Below are positions 24,752 through 36,464 of a stretch of 64,000 nucleotides of DNA, piece after piece. Each line of letters starts with the position of its first letter. Within the stretch, counting starts at the first letter, position 1. Origin of the DNA: Lytechinus pictus (taxonomy: Eukaryota); NCBI RefSeq assembly GCF_037042905.1, contig NC_087250.1, positions 8,682,001 through 8,746,000 of the forward strand. The letters run 5' to 3'. Under the pieces are notes generated by a model. That model saw only the letters and a program-made list of their open reading frames with translations. It was not told the origin of the DNA and ran no database searches. The position numbers and the translations under genes were made by a program.

Positions 24752-26323
24752 CTGTTTTGTTTCGGAATGAAAGACAGTCATCAAAATTTACAAATGTACA
24801 TCAAAATAATGACGGCCCTATAGAAGATAGTTTCCGATGTTTCGTATAGGCCTATCGCAGTTCCATCAAATAATAGTTTTCCGTTTTCTCACTGTTTCGG
24901 AGGAAAATTTAGGGTATGACCTACATTCGGAATTGGAGACAGAGTTATAAATAAATAATTGACCTTGAAATTTATATTGTAAGGTTTGAACATCATGAGA
25001 ATGACACTGTCAGACGTTGAAGTAACGTCGTCATGATGCAGGTGCAAATTTTTCTAAGACTTTGATGAAACGTTATGAGAATAGCTGCAGCTAGCCTAGA
25101 CCACGTTCAACGTTGAAAGATGTAAATAATTGTTGACTTGATGATGCATGCGCGTGCACTTCTATTGATGATTCAAAGTTGTACCAACGATTTATTTATT
25201 ATCTCCGTATGGTAGAAAACTAGTGAAAATTTTGAAGGAGAAATAATTACGCTATATAGCTAAAAATGACCTACGTTTCTTGAAAATGACTGAAAATAAC
25301 CATAGTCCCATGCACGCACAATCAACAAGCACCCTCAAAGAGAAGTGAACGTGTAGAATAACGGAAAGTACGTTCAATGGATAGTACTCATTGAAAATAA
25401 ACCGAGTATTATACGGCAAATGAGTGGTTCTATGACATCTGCTCCGGCGACAATATTGCTCCGATGGAAAATCAATCTGCACGTTATTAAGCCAAACATA
25501 TAGGCTAAGCTAACCTCTAAAACAAAACAAACCCTAATCCTTATTATTTACATAGTTCTGAACCAAAATGTATATATCTGTCGTGTTGGGATCGGCAATT
25601 ATAATTTAGAAGGGAAGCGTAATGAAGAAACTTCGGAGAAAGTGATACAGTTCAAAATCACAGGGTATTTAATCATCAGTATTCAGCCACAGTTCGAAGT
25701 ACATGAAGGTTCAGATAAAACAGGAGACGGTGAATATAATTATTTCAAAGTATAAGATTAAATTCTGAAGTTAGACTAATATTGGATGGACGTCTAAGTC
25801 TTGAAGTCGGTCAATCTATATGGATGAGTGTGGGTCTAGTATTATACTTTATATCTTTTCTGATAATCAAGAAGTCTTATTTATATCATTAGTTTTGGGG
25901 TGTAACAATTTAAGGTGGGAGTGATCTCTAAACTTGATCTGATTGGTCTACAGGTAACTGTCTATCAAACTTTATATGGTAGAAGGGATGTGGTGATGCT
26001 CTGTGCAAGTGACTGGGGCTGGAAGTGTGGGTCATACGTCTTAGAACTTTTGCTCCTTGAAGTTAGCTGACGTCACTGAGGGTTGGTCTTTTACGCTCAA
26101 AGTTTAGGAGTTAAATGGTAATGGGGGTTTAGGAGTTCTTAGATGACATTGGGGGAGTTTGTAAACAAGTGAAGGTGAATGACTGAAAGGATAACAGGAA
26201 GTTAAATCTATACTACATAACATAACAATCCTAAATCCGACCCAATATGCCCTCTTAGATATTAAAACCGGAGCAAATGACGCTGAAGAAAATGTCGTGT
26301 CACCGGTAAGGTTTTCCACTTAC

Positions 26324-26472
26324 GGTCCAACCGCCCCCATCTGTCTCCATGTCACAATACACATTGGTATACTTCCCAGGGTATATGGCATATACACCAC
26401 TGACGTTCGCCCCACGACCCTGGATGTCCGCGCAGTCAACTGGTTTGCCAGGTGATGGACTTGTTTTCTCAT
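26324..26472 (-). CDS. Fibrinogen-related domain protein, first FReD exon
   Basis: Reads PVDCADIQGRGANVSGVYAIYP...VYCDMETDGGGWT followed by a GTAAGT donor (phase 0). The acceptor position is uncertain. Confidence 0.88.
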
Positions 26473-27663
26473 CTTGAAAAAGGTAAGTTAAAAGATATCC
26501 AAACACAGCTGCTCAAAATAGTGCTTTTAAAATCATACAAAATCGAATGAAATCGCAATCATTGACCATATAATACTGAATAAGACACGAACTGACAATC
26601 ATTTCATTCGTCTCCGCGATTTATGTTCTTTTTCCCAAGGGGGCAACATAATATAAATTTTCAATCAGCGTTGCCAGGTCCAAACTGAAGAAAATCCCAG
26701 AAGACACTCGAAAAATCCCCAAATTGGACCATCAATCCCCAAATTTTTCAAATCACAATCATTTCTGAAAAAGTGAGGATATTTATCATGGTTATTGCCC
26801 AAAACAAGTTAATATTTCTTTGTTTGTTCACATCATATACATAGCAGATTTTTTTAAATATTATTTTTACTTCTTAGGTTTCGATTTCGATGCAAAGTAC
26901 ATTGGCAACACGCACTACCATTGTATCGTACAACCATCTAAGTTCATACAGTGCCGGCCGCAGGAAACGTCACGCCCGAGCACGCAAACACCCTAGGGGG
27001 CTTTTGCGTCTAACCGAGGGTATTCAAGGGGAGCCCCCTAGGGTGTTTAGCCGCGCCCGCAGTTTCCTGCGTGCTATATAATATTGGCCGTGCCCGCACT
27101 TATCCTCGGGTACCCTAGGGTACGTACATTGCATTATGTATACATGTGCATGTACATCGGTTGAATTGCGCTGGTGTACATTCTATGATCTACAGTAGAT
27201 CGTACCCCTGTTTAATGAAAAATAACGAATCTTAGTGCTTTTCATCAACACCTTCAAAAATCCCCAAAATGCATGAAAAATCCCCAAATTTATTTGAATC
27301 ACCAAATAATTTTTTCCATTCCCAAAGGCTTCTCAAAATCCCCAAATGGCAACACTTTTTTTTAATGAGGATCAGGGAGATCGCAAGGGCTCCCTCCCTT
27401 CTCACTTTGAAGTTAAGGCGGTTTATCCACTTTTAATTCCGTGGGTTTGTCTAGATTTTATGCATGTGATCTTTAATAATTTGCTGACATAAGACATCAT
27501 GGACATAAATGTGAGTAGGTGGAGACTTGACATGACGCTATTCAGACTGCTGGTTCGTCGCCGTTTTAAATAATAAAACTGCTGCTTCAATTCTCTCCCG
27601 TGCTGGCAAGGGGAGAATTCTATATTTCAGGTATGTGTTGCTTTTACATATTAAGATTTTCTA

Positions 27664-27907
27664 CACTGCAAAAACTCCGGTGTTGATTTAACACCAGCCC
27701 GGAATCTATATATGTCCACACCAGAGAAGTGTTAAACAACACCAGTTACGTTTTGGTCTAACACCAGAAAAGGTGTTTTATACAACACCAATTCGTATTA
27801 AAACAGCATCGGTTTGATTCCAAACTGGTGTTGTTTCAATACTTCTCTGGTGTGGACATATATAGATTCCGGGCTGGTGTTACACCAAAACCGGAGTTTT
27901 TGCAGTG
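27664..27907. mobile_element. CACTG palindromic MITE
   Basis: CACTG...CAGTG termini with a TA TSD. Confidence 0.9.
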
Positions 27908-29094
27908 TATGAAGACAGCAATGGGCCCGGTAGGAGATAAAAGCATCCCTAGTAGTAGCACCCTTTTGGGTGTAATCTTGCACCCTAAAGTGAAATAAGG
28001 ATGTGGAAACGCACCTGCTTGTTAATGTAGTTTGCACCCCAATGGTGCAACAGTGCACCTTCTAGGCTGAATAATATGTACTATGTCAAAGGGGGTTCCA
28101 ATTTTGTATCTTCTTTAAAGGGTTAATTATAATTACATGTATTCAGACCCGTTTTGTGCTGGGATTATGCCAACTCCTACACTCTCATAACAAATCAGTC
28201 AGGATGAATAGTTAATATGGTCAGTTTGGTGCAACAGGTATTCTAGTCACATTTGACTAATTTTTTTGTCGTATTTTACTCAAACAGAGTTACTTCTGAC
28301 TAAAATATACGTCAGAAAGCGACGAGACATATGAGCTGCACCCAGCTGACTACTGATCTAGTCAGTTTGACTGATTTGATTTGAGAATGCAATGTTTTCC
28401 CCCAATGTGTTTACCTCCTTGGCTAAAAAGGGGAATGAATGCCACCTGAGTTGATTTAGGAATCACGCAAGAAGTAGTTCCCTTTACTTCGAGAGGCTTT
28501 TACAGGAGTTATTGTCAATAAAATTGGGTTGTAATCGTGACTTTCTCGGCAATTATTGTGCAGGTGAAAAGGGGCGAATAAAATATTCTTTTCCCCAGTA
28601 GTCACGCAAATTTCCTTCAAACAACCGTTCGTACTCCGAAGATTGATATATTAACCACGCTAATTTTCAATTAGTGTTTTTATCACTCTTCAAATACATG
28701 CTTTGGGTACTTGACATTTCTGGAGGTAAAGTTAAAGAAAATGAGAATAGATTTTATCTTCACAACACTCTTAAAAAAAGGTCTGCGCAATATTGGGTAA
28801 AATGGGAACATGCATGCTGGTTTGGTAAAAAAAGATATTTTGCAATATTTTGTAAATTTTACGCAATGTTGCGTTCAAGTAGCCCAATCAATATGGGGTA
28901 AAAAATACCCAGCAAACATGCATGTTCCCTTTCTTCCTAATATTAGGTAAAATTTTACTCAGTGTTTTCAGAGTGAATCTAAAGAAATGTATTGAAATGT
29001 TGATAAAGAATACAACATTACCTTTTTTGAAAAAAAGACCATGAACAACGCCAGCAAAAAACAGCAGGCCATAATGATACTAAAATTGACATGC

Positions 29095-29130
<36 letters not shown>

Positions 29131-29297
29131 GGAGAATGAAACCCTTGAAACCAGCTGAATCCATATGAAAGAGAAAAATCAAAGAAACATATTGTTGAAA
29201 GTTTGAGGAAGATTGAATTAATAATAAGAAAGTTATGAGCATTTGAATATTGAGATCACTAGTGCCATGTAGATCCTCCCATCGGCAATGCGACCAA

Positions 29298-31185
29298 GTA
29301 TAACCTTTCTCCCTCTGAAAGACAAGCTCTCCGTGAACTTAAAGAAAACAAGAATGTTATTATCAAACGAGCTGACAAAGGGTCAGCAGTGGTATTTCAA
29401 TCTAAACAGAACTATCTTTCTGAAGGCCATAGACAATTGAACACGGAGACATATAGGAAAACTGAGAGTGATCCTAACAAAGAGCATTTGAATCAAGTGA
29501 AAAAAGTAGTAAATGACATAAAGGTCCCAAAAGACATCAAGCAATTACTGATCCCTATCAAATCGGAATGCCCACAAATGTATTTTTTGCCCAAAATACA
29601 TAAATTGGGCAATCCAGGAAGACCGATTGTTTCCGGATGTTCTTGCCCTACTGTTCAAATATCTCGCTTTCTCGACACAGTATTGCGTCCATTGGTACAA
29701 CATACTAAGTCTTTCATACAAGACACAACACACTTTCTGAAACATATCTCCAAAATAAACTCAGAGGGCCCAATTCCTAATGGGATATTCTTGGTCTCAG
29801 CCGACGTCAAATCCCTGTATACCAACATTCCCCATGCAGATGGTATCCAAGCCTGTAAGAAAGCTCTTGAAAAACGGAGATCGAAAGATCCCCCTACTTG
29901 TGATATGGTTCGATTACTTGAACTAATTCTGAAGTTGAACAACTTTCAGTTTGCAGGGGAATTCTACATTCAGAACCAAGGAACGGCCATGGGCACTCCA
30001 GTTGCACCCTCTTATGCCAATATCTTTATGGCAGACTTAGAAGAGAAACTCCTCTCCTCAGTCTCACAACAGCCTTACAGATCATCCTGGTGTAGATACA
30101 TTGACGATATTAATTTTCTCTGGTCTGGAAACAGGGAGTCTCTTGACCAATTTATCCAAGCTGCCAATTCATTCCATCCAACAATCAAATTCACGTTTGA
30201 AACATCTAACTCTCAAGTTTCCTTCCTTGATGTTCTACTTTACATGAAAGAGAACGTTCTACAAACTTCTCTCTACTCCAAACCGACGGACACCCATGCT
30301 TATCTTCTTCCCGATTCATCTCACCCACACCATGTTTTCAATAGCATTCCTTATAGCCAGTCAATCCGAATAAGGCGCATTTGTTCCGAAGAAGCCAACT
30401 TTGAATCTAGTATCGCAGATCTGCAAGAACATCTCCAGAAACGTAATTACAATCCCCATTCAGTGAGCAAAGCCATCAACAAGGCTAAAGAAATCCCTCG
30501 GGATAACCTCTTACATTATAAGAAGAAAGACAAAACAATGAAGAGAACACCTCTTGTGCTCACCTATCACCCCAACCTGCGTAAAGTTGCCCAAATTGCT
30601 CGCAAACACATGGACATTCTTCATCAATCTGAAGTGACAAAGGAAATATTTCCAGAACCGCCCCTTATCGCATTTAGACGATGCCGCTCTCTTCAAGACT
30701 TATTAGTATCGTCCCGTGTTTCAGTCAACTCTGAAAACAATCAGAGTGAACACATGGGCTCATCCAAATGCGAAGCTAAGAAATGTTGTATCTGTCCATT
30801 CATGTTGAACACTAAATATTTCGTAAGCACAGTAACAGGAGAGAAATTCCCAATTACTCAGCAAATCAATTGCAAATCTTCATGGGTATTATATCTCATT
30901 ACTTGCAAACGCTGCAACAAACAGTATGTCGGGAAGACTACTAATACACTGTACACAAGAATGTGCAACACACGATCAGACATAAAGAAATATCACACGA
31001 GTAGACGCAAGGAAATCCCAATTGCTGCCCACTTCAGTTCTGATAATCATTCCACAGATGATATTCAAATTGTAGGAATAGAACTTATCAGAAAACAGCA
31101 TGAATCAATCATACTCAAACGAGAGTCATATTGGATTCTGAAACTTAAGACACTTGTACCAAACGGCATCAATGTAGAAGAATAG
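29298..31185 (+). CDS. Penelope-like retroelement ORF (5'-truncated): RT + Cys-rich linker + GIY-YIG endonuclease
   Basis: The frame is open from 29298 (YNLSPSERQALRELK...IIKRADKGSAVV). RT motifs LPKIHK, GRPIVS, DVKSLYTNIP, GTAMG and RYIDD. Linker C-x4-C-x2-C...C. GIY-YIG region VLYLITCKRCNKQYVGKT...R...E..WI..L.T..PNGIN. Confidence 0.93.
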
Positions 31186-31210
31186 ATATTTCTAATTAAC
31201 CTCAATCGTG

Positions 31211-32334
31211 GGTCACATTTGTTACATCAGTGTCACTAATTAAATGATTAAATTATTTTTAATACTTATTGTTATGTATTTGTTAGGTGATTTCTAGATG
31301 ACCCAAGCTTGAGAAGTGAGACTTTTGGTCATTACGCGAATTATCAACAATTTTATTTATAATCTTTACTCAATTTGATTTCAAAATTTATATCGTTTCA
31401 TAGAGATTTAATTTATATGCTTGTAAGAAACAATGTTTTCGTCATCATCCTCCAGCTTACGATATCTAATATCATGAATATTCATACTCATTGTGACATA
31501 AATTATATGCGCATTACCAATGCGCTTTGCGCTTTCATCACCTAGCAACCAATGTTTTCTTTTGCAATTTTTGCCACTTTCCTAAAGAACGAGATAGGAT
31601 ACGGTCATACTTAACTATCACAATAGTCTGTAATTACAGGTATGTCTTTTTGATTTATATCATTATTATTTTAATTGAATTAATTATTTATTATTCATTA
31701 ATTTATTTATCTGTTCATTCATTAATTTGTCATTATGGAATATATTCAACTTGGTGATAATTCATTGATGTGCATGGTCACATTTGTTACATCAGTGTCA
31801 CTAATTAAATGATTTTTTTAATACTTATTGTTATGTATTTGTTAGGTGCTTTCTAGATGACCCAAGCTTGAGAAGTGAGACTTTTGGTCATTACGCGAAT
31901 TATCAACAATTTTATTTATAATGTTTACTCGATTTGATTTCAAAAATTTATATCGTTTCATAGAGATTTGATTACTATGCTTGTAAGAAACAATGTTTTC
32001 GTCATCATCCTCCAGCTTACGATATCTAATATCATGAATATTCATACTCATTGTGACATAAATTTTATGCGCATTACCAATGCGCTTTGCGCTTTCACCA
32101 CCTAGCAACCAATGTTTTCTTTTTGCAATTTTTGCCACTTTCCTAAAGAACGAGATAGGATACGGTCATACTTAACTATCACAATAGTCTGTAATTACAG
32201 GTATGTCTTTTTCATTTATATCATTATTATTTTAATTGAATTAATTATTTATTATTCATTACTTTATTTATCTGTTCATTCATTAATTTGTCATTATGGA
32301 ATATATTCAACTTGGTGATAATTCATTGATGTGC
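31211..32334 (+). repeat. Two near-identical tandem 565-bp repeats in the PLE 3' region
   Basis: Units start GGTCACATTTGTTACATCAG at 31211 and 31776. Confidence 0.92.
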
Positions 32335-32375
32335 AAAACAAACTTGGATGTTGTATCTCCTTATATTTTTCAGAC

Positions 32376-32415
32376 GCTTCTGACGAAGTCTCAATTAAAA
32401 GACGAAAGCTAAAGC
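32376..32415 (+). ncRNA. Minimal type I hammerhead ribozyme in the PLE 3' terminal region
   Basis: GCUU-CUGACGA-A-GUCU(caauuaaa)AGAC-GAAA-GC-UA-AAGC: catalytic core, stem II, palindromic AGCU stem III and stem I GCUU/AAGC. Confidence 0.75.
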
Positions 32416-32518
32416 AAATAATGGTGTCCTGCGTCATCTGTTGAGTTGGCCTCGCCTCATCTCATTATGTTTAATATTCACAACTCAACAGCGATTGGTA
32501 GAAGTAAACTTATCATCA

Positions 32519-32554
<36 letters not shown>

Positions 32555-32596
32555 GAGATCAAGTGTATGGAGAGGGCCGTAGCAATACCCGTCTTC

Positions 32597-32630
32597 ATCA
32601 AGCTTTCGGGCAGATGCCCTTCATCAGGAT
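32597..32630 (-). ncRNA. Minimal type I hammerhead ribozyme (inverted copy)
   Basis: The minus strand reads AUC-CUGAUGA-A-GGGCA-UC-UGCCC-GAAA-GC-UU-GAU. Confidence 0.65.
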
Positions 32631-32665
32631 CTAAACCAATATATAAATTTTATATATTGGTTTAG

Positions 32666-32699
32666 ATCCTGATGAAGGGCATGTGCCCGAAAGCTTGAT
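32666..32699 (+). ncRNA. Minimal type I hammerhead ribozyme
   Basis: AUC-CUGAUGA-A-GGGCA-UG-UGCCC-GAAA-GC-UU-GAU, with a palindromic AAGCUU stem III. Confidence 0.65.
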
Positions 32700-33041
32700 G
32701 AAGACAGGTATTGACCTTGCTACGGCCCTCTCCATACACTTGATCTCGAATATAATTATGAAGGAGACCCGTACACGTACATCGCCAAGATTGATCACAC
32801 TTATATATACAAATGTGTAAAGTTATACATGTACAACAGCTTTGGCAACTCTTTTTATTTAAATATTGTAAAGAAATGGATGAAGAGAACAATGGTAGGC
32901 GTAGCTTAAATCAAGGTTCCCAGAGCTATCTACCCTTTGGAAAAATTGGTGATGCCGAAAAAATGTCTTTGCCGGGAATCGAACCCGGGCCCCCAGCTAT
33001 CTGACGGTCAATCGGATCGGGGTCGCCTTAGCCACTAACCC

Positions 33042-33113
33042 GTCTCTGTGGTCTAGTGGTTAAGGCACCGGCGTTCAAAGCTGGGGGCCCGGGTTCGATT
33101 CCCGGCAGAGACA
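33042..33113 (+). tRNA. tRNA-like gene, anticodon TCA (opal-suppressor type, short variable arm)
   Basis: Acceptor GTCTCTG/CAGAGAC, D stem GTCT/AGGC, anticodon stem CCGGC/GCTGG with loop GT-TCA-AA, variable GGGC, T arm CCGGG-TTCGATT-CCCGG. A and B boxes are intact and a T9 run follows immediately. Confidence 0.7.
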
Positions 33114-33436
33114 TTTTTTTTTCGGCATCACCAATTTTTCCAAAGGGTAGATAGCTCTGGGAACCTTGATTTAAGCTACGCCTACCATTGTTCTCTTCAT
33201 CCATTTCTTTACAATATTTAAATAAAAAGAGTTGCCAAAGCTGTTGTACATGTATAACTTTACACATTTGTATACGTTCCCCCTACGTGTACTGTATCAA
33301 AGCAATAGCTTTGATCCAGCTGAAGCATGGCGGCTTGTCATTGTTCGAAACCCACCTTCACCCGACAAAGGAAATTATAATTGGTATAGTGTCGAAAATT
33401 TGTCTATCGGATCGGGGTTGCCCTAGTCACTAACCC

Positions 33437-33508
33437 GTCTCTGTGGTCTAGTGGTTAAGGCACCGGCGTTCAAAGCTGGGGGCCCGGGTTCGATTCCCGG
33501 CAGAGACA
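33437..33508 (+). tRNA. Second identical tRNA-like gene, anticodon TCA
   Basis: Identical 72-nt sequence 395 bp downstream, followed by T6. Confidence 0.7.
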
Positions 33509-33604
33509 TTTTTTCGGCATCACCAATTTTTCCAAAGGGTAGATAGCTCTGGGAACCTTGATTTAAGCTACGCCTACCATTGTTCTCTTCATCCATTTCT
33601 TTAC

Positions 33605-33645
<41 letters not shown>

Positions 33646-36464
33646 AAGGGTGTGTGTGAGTGAGTGTATTTTTCTCCAATATAACACCCTAAGTCTGGGA
33701 CATCTTCTGCAAAGTAACTCATGTACTGATCGGGATTTTTCGCAATTGCAGATTCTGCAACGTTGTAAATCTATTGAACATGCAAGTCAATACACGTGAC
33801 ACCTGAGAGGTTTTTGTCAAAAGATTGTGAACTGGGACAGCAGATCGTCCTAAGATTGCGACCTGGCGAAAAATTGTAAAGAGTCCAGGACGGCACTGTT
33901 GTTTTGATTCACCTGTTTTCGATAAATGAACTGGCCAATAAAGATCAATGTTACACGCGTATTTTGTTTAATATACTGACCAGGAAGAGTGGTTCTTTCA
34001 TATTTGCAATTCATCGCAATTAAAACATTTGTGTTACGGAGCCCAGTTTTCGACTAAGCCTGCTTTTGACAATGGATTCTCTGCGTTTCAGAAGGCGTCT
34101 GCGTAGTGCTTGCGAAAACTCCATATTAACAGCAATTTCCTTACCGGTTTCACAAAATTTTCGTTGAACAGGTATAGACTTATTTCCAGGCTTTCCAAAA
34201 GACCGTGTGCCATCGACATGGTATTTGACCCTCTGATGTATTATCTTTTCACCCTGAACGACTGGTTGACAACTATCTTGACTTCCTCGTCCAGCAGATG
34301 TCCAACCTACAGATAATCCGATAGTAGTATGGTAAAGGGGTACGTTGCAAACAAAACTTGCAATCAATTGTTAGCCAAGTCGAAAATTGACGAGCCATTA
34401 TAGCATTAATATAGCGCTTATCACATCTTTATCAGCGGAGCGTTTCATAAAAGAACTTGTAGGACGTTTTATCCGACACGTCCGTTTTATCCGACAGTTA
34501 CCATAGTAACAGTGACATTTAGCTGATAAGTTGTCAGATATTGAAACTTTCTGGACAAAAAATTTGATGAAACGCTTCTCAGAAGTCTTTAAGCGCTCTG
34601 GAATGGCATATATTTAGTAAAACAAATATAATGAACAGTAAAATAAAAAAAAATAGGTGAGTATAAGATCTTTTTAATATTCTGATGATAAATAATTTAG
34701 ACCTTGGTGTTACTCTGTGCTAAAATCATGGGAAGCCAACGTTTCAAAATTTTGTTTACAGTGAATGCTTCTCATGTCTACCTCTTTACTAATTATTTAA
34801 TGGTGAAGACAATTGTCATATATCCTTCCCAGGCGGGTTAATAATGTTTTGGGAGTCAAATGAGCTAATACATTGAACCTCTACTGTTAGAGATATATGT
34901 AACAACTGGCTTTCCATAGTTTAACCACAGCTTAAAACCAGAGTTTAAATTAAACCCGACTCCAGATTACGCGCCTATGTGTTTATCACACCTGGAGTTC
35001 ACAATGTCTGGTCAATAAGATACATAATCCATTTTAAGAAGATTAAATGGCGCTAGTTGTTTTCAAGTCAGCATACAACAAATATATATATTTTTCATCG
35101 CGCTTCGTGGCTTTATTATTTTATCTACTGTCATACGCATTTTTTTCATAATTGCCTAAAGTGATTTGCACCTTTCAAAGTCTGAACATTAAAACAAAAT
35201 GTTCAGTCAGTGCTTCGCGTTCTCATTAGTGGATTGATGGAATATGAAAGCTTTTCATGAATTACTATTAACAGTCATCGAAATTTTTCTGTTGTGGTCT
35301 GCATATGAAATTATTTCAGCTCGCTTCTCGCGCTAGCATTATTGGATTAATCAAATATGTGCGTGTACGAACTTCATAAATTCCTTCAAACAGTCCTTAA
35401 AATAACATCTTTTCAGGCCTAAATATGACGAAATTTCAGCTCGCGCTTCGCGCACGCAAAATTTAATAAATGGGATACGTATCATGTTTGTTTTTACAAA
35501 AAGTTCTTAAATTTCCTGTATTTATGTTTATATTTAGATTTAAAAAATAGCCCGCACTTCCCGCTCGAATTATTTGAATGTGAGATATCGTTGCTCTTCA
35601 TAAATTCCTAAAAAGAGTCCTTAAAATGTAGATTTGTAGACATATATATGTAGACTTTTGAGATATATATCATTTTGAGATATATGTATTATTATACATT
35701 TTGGGATAGATGTATTATACAGCACACATAACACAATATGTCTACATACTTTCAAAAAATAGTTTGTAATAAAAATCTGCGTAAACTTAATTGATTTTAA
35801 TACATGTAGCTATTGGATAATCCTAATTAAACATTACCGATGTAAAACATTTTCTTTAAAGATATACCTATATTTAGTAAATTAATCCAAATATATGCAT
35901 GGTAATTGTAAAGCCATTATGTCTTTTACAACTAAACAACTAAATGGCCGAAAGCTTGCACTAATAAAAGTTAAAGAAATCCAGGCTACGTCTCTAGCTT
36001 CAATGCTTTTTGAGCTTCTTCGCCAATATATTACTCACTGAAGCACCCACGCAATGTTTAGGTCCTTGCTCATCACAATTATATATATATATATAACCTT
36101 TTTCCAAAGCATGAAAAAATGCCGAAACTTTCAGGATACATTCATTATTTAAACCATTCGGATATCTAATCGCAATGTTTATAGGACAAATGCTCAATGA
36201 CTCTTATAAAAAAAAAAATCGCCGAGAAAGTGCGCTAAGATATTTAAAATTTGAATAATTCAAATTTTCACAGGGAAGTGACGGTTGGAAAAAAGATATA
36301 ACGGTCTTTACACTTTTGTAGCATTTGTATTTTACTCGATTATACAGTTCACGTTATTGGAAAAAAAATATTGACCATTTCCCAAAACTAAAAACAGGGT
36401 TAAAAGTTGTGAGGAAAATATAACATGTCAGAATATTGACCACTTTAAACACTATGATTATATA

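Larger units (their letters stand above)
32806..33603. repeat. 395-bp tRNA-bearing repeat unit: one inverted partial copy plus about 1.5 direct copies
   Basis: 32806-32998 is the reverse complement of ~33079-33274. Sequence at ~33011-33211 repeats at ~33406-33603. The array ends at a (TA)n tract. Confidence 0.9.

Noticed and set aside
33042..33113. Canonical selenocysteine tRNA
   Set aside because: It is only 72 nt, with a 7-bp acceptor stem and a 4-nt variable loop. tRNA-Sec has a long variable arm and extended acceptor and D stems.
33318..33352. Hammerhead in the tRNA-bearing unit (CTGAAGC...CGAAAC)
   Set aside because: The core deviates from CUGANGA and stems I and III could not be built convincingly by eye.
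34020..34367. 115-aa minus-strand ORF
   Set aside because: No recognisable domain or splice context, and it lies among repeat fragments.
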